Below, one piece after another: positions 36,630 through 38,342 of a stretch of DNA of 38,342 nt. The notes under the pieces are model-generated. The model saw only the letters and a list, made by a program, of their open reading frames with translations, was not told the DNA's origin and did no database searches. Numbering within the stretch: position 1 is the first letter of the stretch; every line of letters begins with the position of its first letter. The DNA comes from Candidatus Nanopelagicales bacterium (GTDB lineage: Bacteria; Actinomycetota; Actinomycetes; S36-B12; UBA10799). The position numbers and the translations under genes were made by a program. Location: contig JAOAUD010000161.1 of NCBI GenBank assembly GCA_030157755.1, forward strand, positions 1 through 38,342, read 5' to 3'.

Positions 36630-37340
36630 GTGGCCCAGCGATCGCGTGTGCTGGTCGTGGACGATGAGCAGGCGCTTGCCAGGGTGATTGGTTCCTACCT
36701 GGAAGGCGACGGTTTCGAGGTAGACCTCGCATTCAACGGGAGCGACGCAGTGGTTTCGGCACGGGACCATCGGCCCGACCTAGTCGTTTTGGATCTCATG
36801 TTGCCAGGCATGGACGGAGTTGAGGTGTGCCGACGAATCCGAACCTTCAGCGACTGTTACATCATCATGTTGACGGCTCGGGACGAAGAGGTAGACAAGA
36901 TCGTTGGCTTGTCCGTTGGGGCCGACGACTACCTCGTGAAGCCGTTCTCTCCCCGCGAACTGGTTGCTCGGGCTCGAGCGATGCTGCGCCGACCTCGAGC
37001 TTTTGAGTCGTCCCCAGGCCATACCGTCGGGGCCGAGGGTCAGGTGCTTCAAATCGGTTCGCTGACAGTCGATCCATTGGCACGAAAAGCACAGGTCGAC
37101 GATCGTGAATTGGAACTGACCCGAACGGAGTTCGACCTCTTGGCCGTCATGTGCGCCAATCCGCGCCAGGTTTTCAGTCGTCGACAGCTCATCGACGCGG
37201 TGTGGGGTCCCGACTGGTTCGGCGATGAACATTTGGTAGATGTCCATGTTGGGCACGTTCGCCGCAAGCTTGGTGATGATGCAGCTGAGCCGCGGTGGAT
37301 TCGCACAGTCCGCGGGGTCGGCTACGGAATGGTCGTATGA
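36630..37340 (+). CDS. OmpR-family response regulator (CopR-like)
   Basis: VVDDE, DLMLPGMDG, GADDYLVKPFS, LTRTEFDLL, VDVHVGHVRRKL, TVRGVGY; gagga RBS before GTG 36630. Confidence 0.93.
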   Translation: MAQRSRVLVVDDEQALARVIGSYLEGDGFEVDLAFNGSDAVVSARDHRPDLVVLDLMLPGMDGVEVCRRIRTFSDCYIIMLTARDEEVDKIVGLSVGADDYLVKPFSPRELVARARAMLRRPRAFESSPGHTVGAEGQVLQIGSLTVDPLARKAQVDDRELELTRTEFDLLAVMCANPRQVFSRRQLIDAVWGPDWFGDEHLVDVHVGHVRRKLGDDAAEPRWIRTVRGVGYGMVV

Positions 37341-38342
37341 GTCGGCCGCGCAGTCTGGCTGTGAGAATGATGGCCGGGCAGATCGTGGTGATCGCTGTTG
37401 GAGCGATTACGCTCGCGATCACGGCCGCACTGATTGCGCCGCGACTATTTACCTACCACTTTGAGCAAACCGGTGAAGCGAACTCGATGGTGCAGTACCA
37501 CGCGCAGGAAGCCTTCGAATCTTCGTTTGCACTTGCGCTGGCTTTCGGCGTAGTTGCATCGGTTGTCGGGGCGGGGCTGCTGTCTTGGCTCCTGACAAAG
37601 CGGATCAGTCAACCAATCGCCCAATTGGCTCTGGCCGCTGAAGCCGTAGCTGAGGGCAACTACGAAGTTGTTGTTCCGCACGACTCATTTGGACGAGAAC
37701 TTGCCGCTCTTTCGGTCGCCTTCGACGAAATGGCAGAGCAGTTGGCTCAGACAGATGCAGCGCGACGGCAGCTCCTCGCGGACCTCGCCCACGAGTTGCG
37801 GACGCCACTAGCGACACTCGAAGCGCACATCGATGGCATGGAAGACGGCGTCGTTCCTTCCTCTGCCGACAGCTACGCGGTCATGCGCCATCAAGTCGCG
37901 CGATTGCGTCGCTTGGCGACCGATCTCAAAGTACTCACGGCCGTCGAGGCACACGCACTGGAACTGCAGATTCAGGAGCTGAAAACGAATGCGATGGTGA
38001 GTGCCGCCTGCGGCTCAGCGGAGCTTCGGTATGAAGCCAAAGGTGTGGAACTGCGGTGCCTGCAGCCGGGCAGTGACGTCGTCGTGATGGCTGACCCCGA
38101 TCGCCTGCAGCAAGTGCTGTCCAACCTCCTCGACAACGCACTCCGCCATACCCCCGAAGGGGGTTCGGTGGATGTGAGCTGCGAACACACTGCAGCGGAG
38201 GTCACCATTAGCGTGAGCGACACTGGCGATGGGATTGCGTCAGACCAACTCGATGCCGTCTTCGACCGATTTCATCGAGCCGACGCGTCACGACGCAACG
38301 ACGGCGAGGGCAGTGGGCTGGGGCTCACGATCGCTCGCGCGA
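37337..38342 (+). CDS. HAMP-domain sensor histidine kinase (CopS-like), truncated by the window end; not in the ORF track
   Basis: ATGA overlap with the regulator stop; two TM helices around a short His-containing loop (YHFEQ..QYHAQE); LAHELRTPL, NLLDNALRH, DTGDGI, GSGLGL. Confidence 0.92.
   Translation, partial: MSRPRSLAVRMMAGQIVVIAVGAITLAITAALIAPRLFTYHFEQTGEANSMVQYHAQEAFESSFALALAFGVVASVVGAGLLSWLLTKRISQPIAQLALAAEAVAEGNYEVVVPHDSFGRELAALSVAFDEMAEQLAQTDAARRQLLADLAHELRTPLATLEAHIDGMEDGVVPSSADSYAVMRHQVARLRRLATDLKVLTAVEAHALELQIQELKTNAMVSAACGSAELRYEAKGVELRCLQPGSDVVVMADPDRLQQVLSNLLDNALRHTPEGGSVDVSCEHTAAEVTISVSDTGDGIASDQLDAVFDRFHRADASRRNDGEGSGLGLTIARA

Overview
High-GC actinobacterial chromosomal segment, judged from mycothiol-dependent MDMPI, F420-dependent LLM, FadE5-type and CsoR-family genes. 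No tRNA, rRNA, CRISPR array or transposase/integrase was recognised. In order it holds: an acyl-CoA dehydrogenase with tandem palindromic operators; a CopC plus CopD-CtaG copper-delivery pair; a hydrolase remnant; nitrilase/MDMPI/MFS; an aromatic aminotransferase; a membrane PP2C phosphatase; a chitin/GlcNAc cluster (sugar porter, ROK kinase with a histone-like tail, nagA, CBM2-CBM2-GH18 chitinase); assorted accessory genes including two related LTxxQ-motif secreted proteins; a persulfide/metal-stress locus; an arylsulfatase; an SDR; and a CopRS-type copper island (DUF305, multicopper oxidase, SHOCT protein, response regulator, kinase cut by the window end). The most notable finding is at 27.1-30.0 kb. 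Two paralogous 54-aa Cys6-His mini-proteins missed by the ORF track (29249..29413 +, 29766..29930 -) flank a His-less CsoR/CstR-family repressor. Each sits behind an identical ATACCCCCCGGGGTAT operator embedded in a sigma70-type promoter, and one operator also covers a DUF2892 + CoA-disulfide reductase-rhodanese operon. All product calls come from motif recognition, not database searches.
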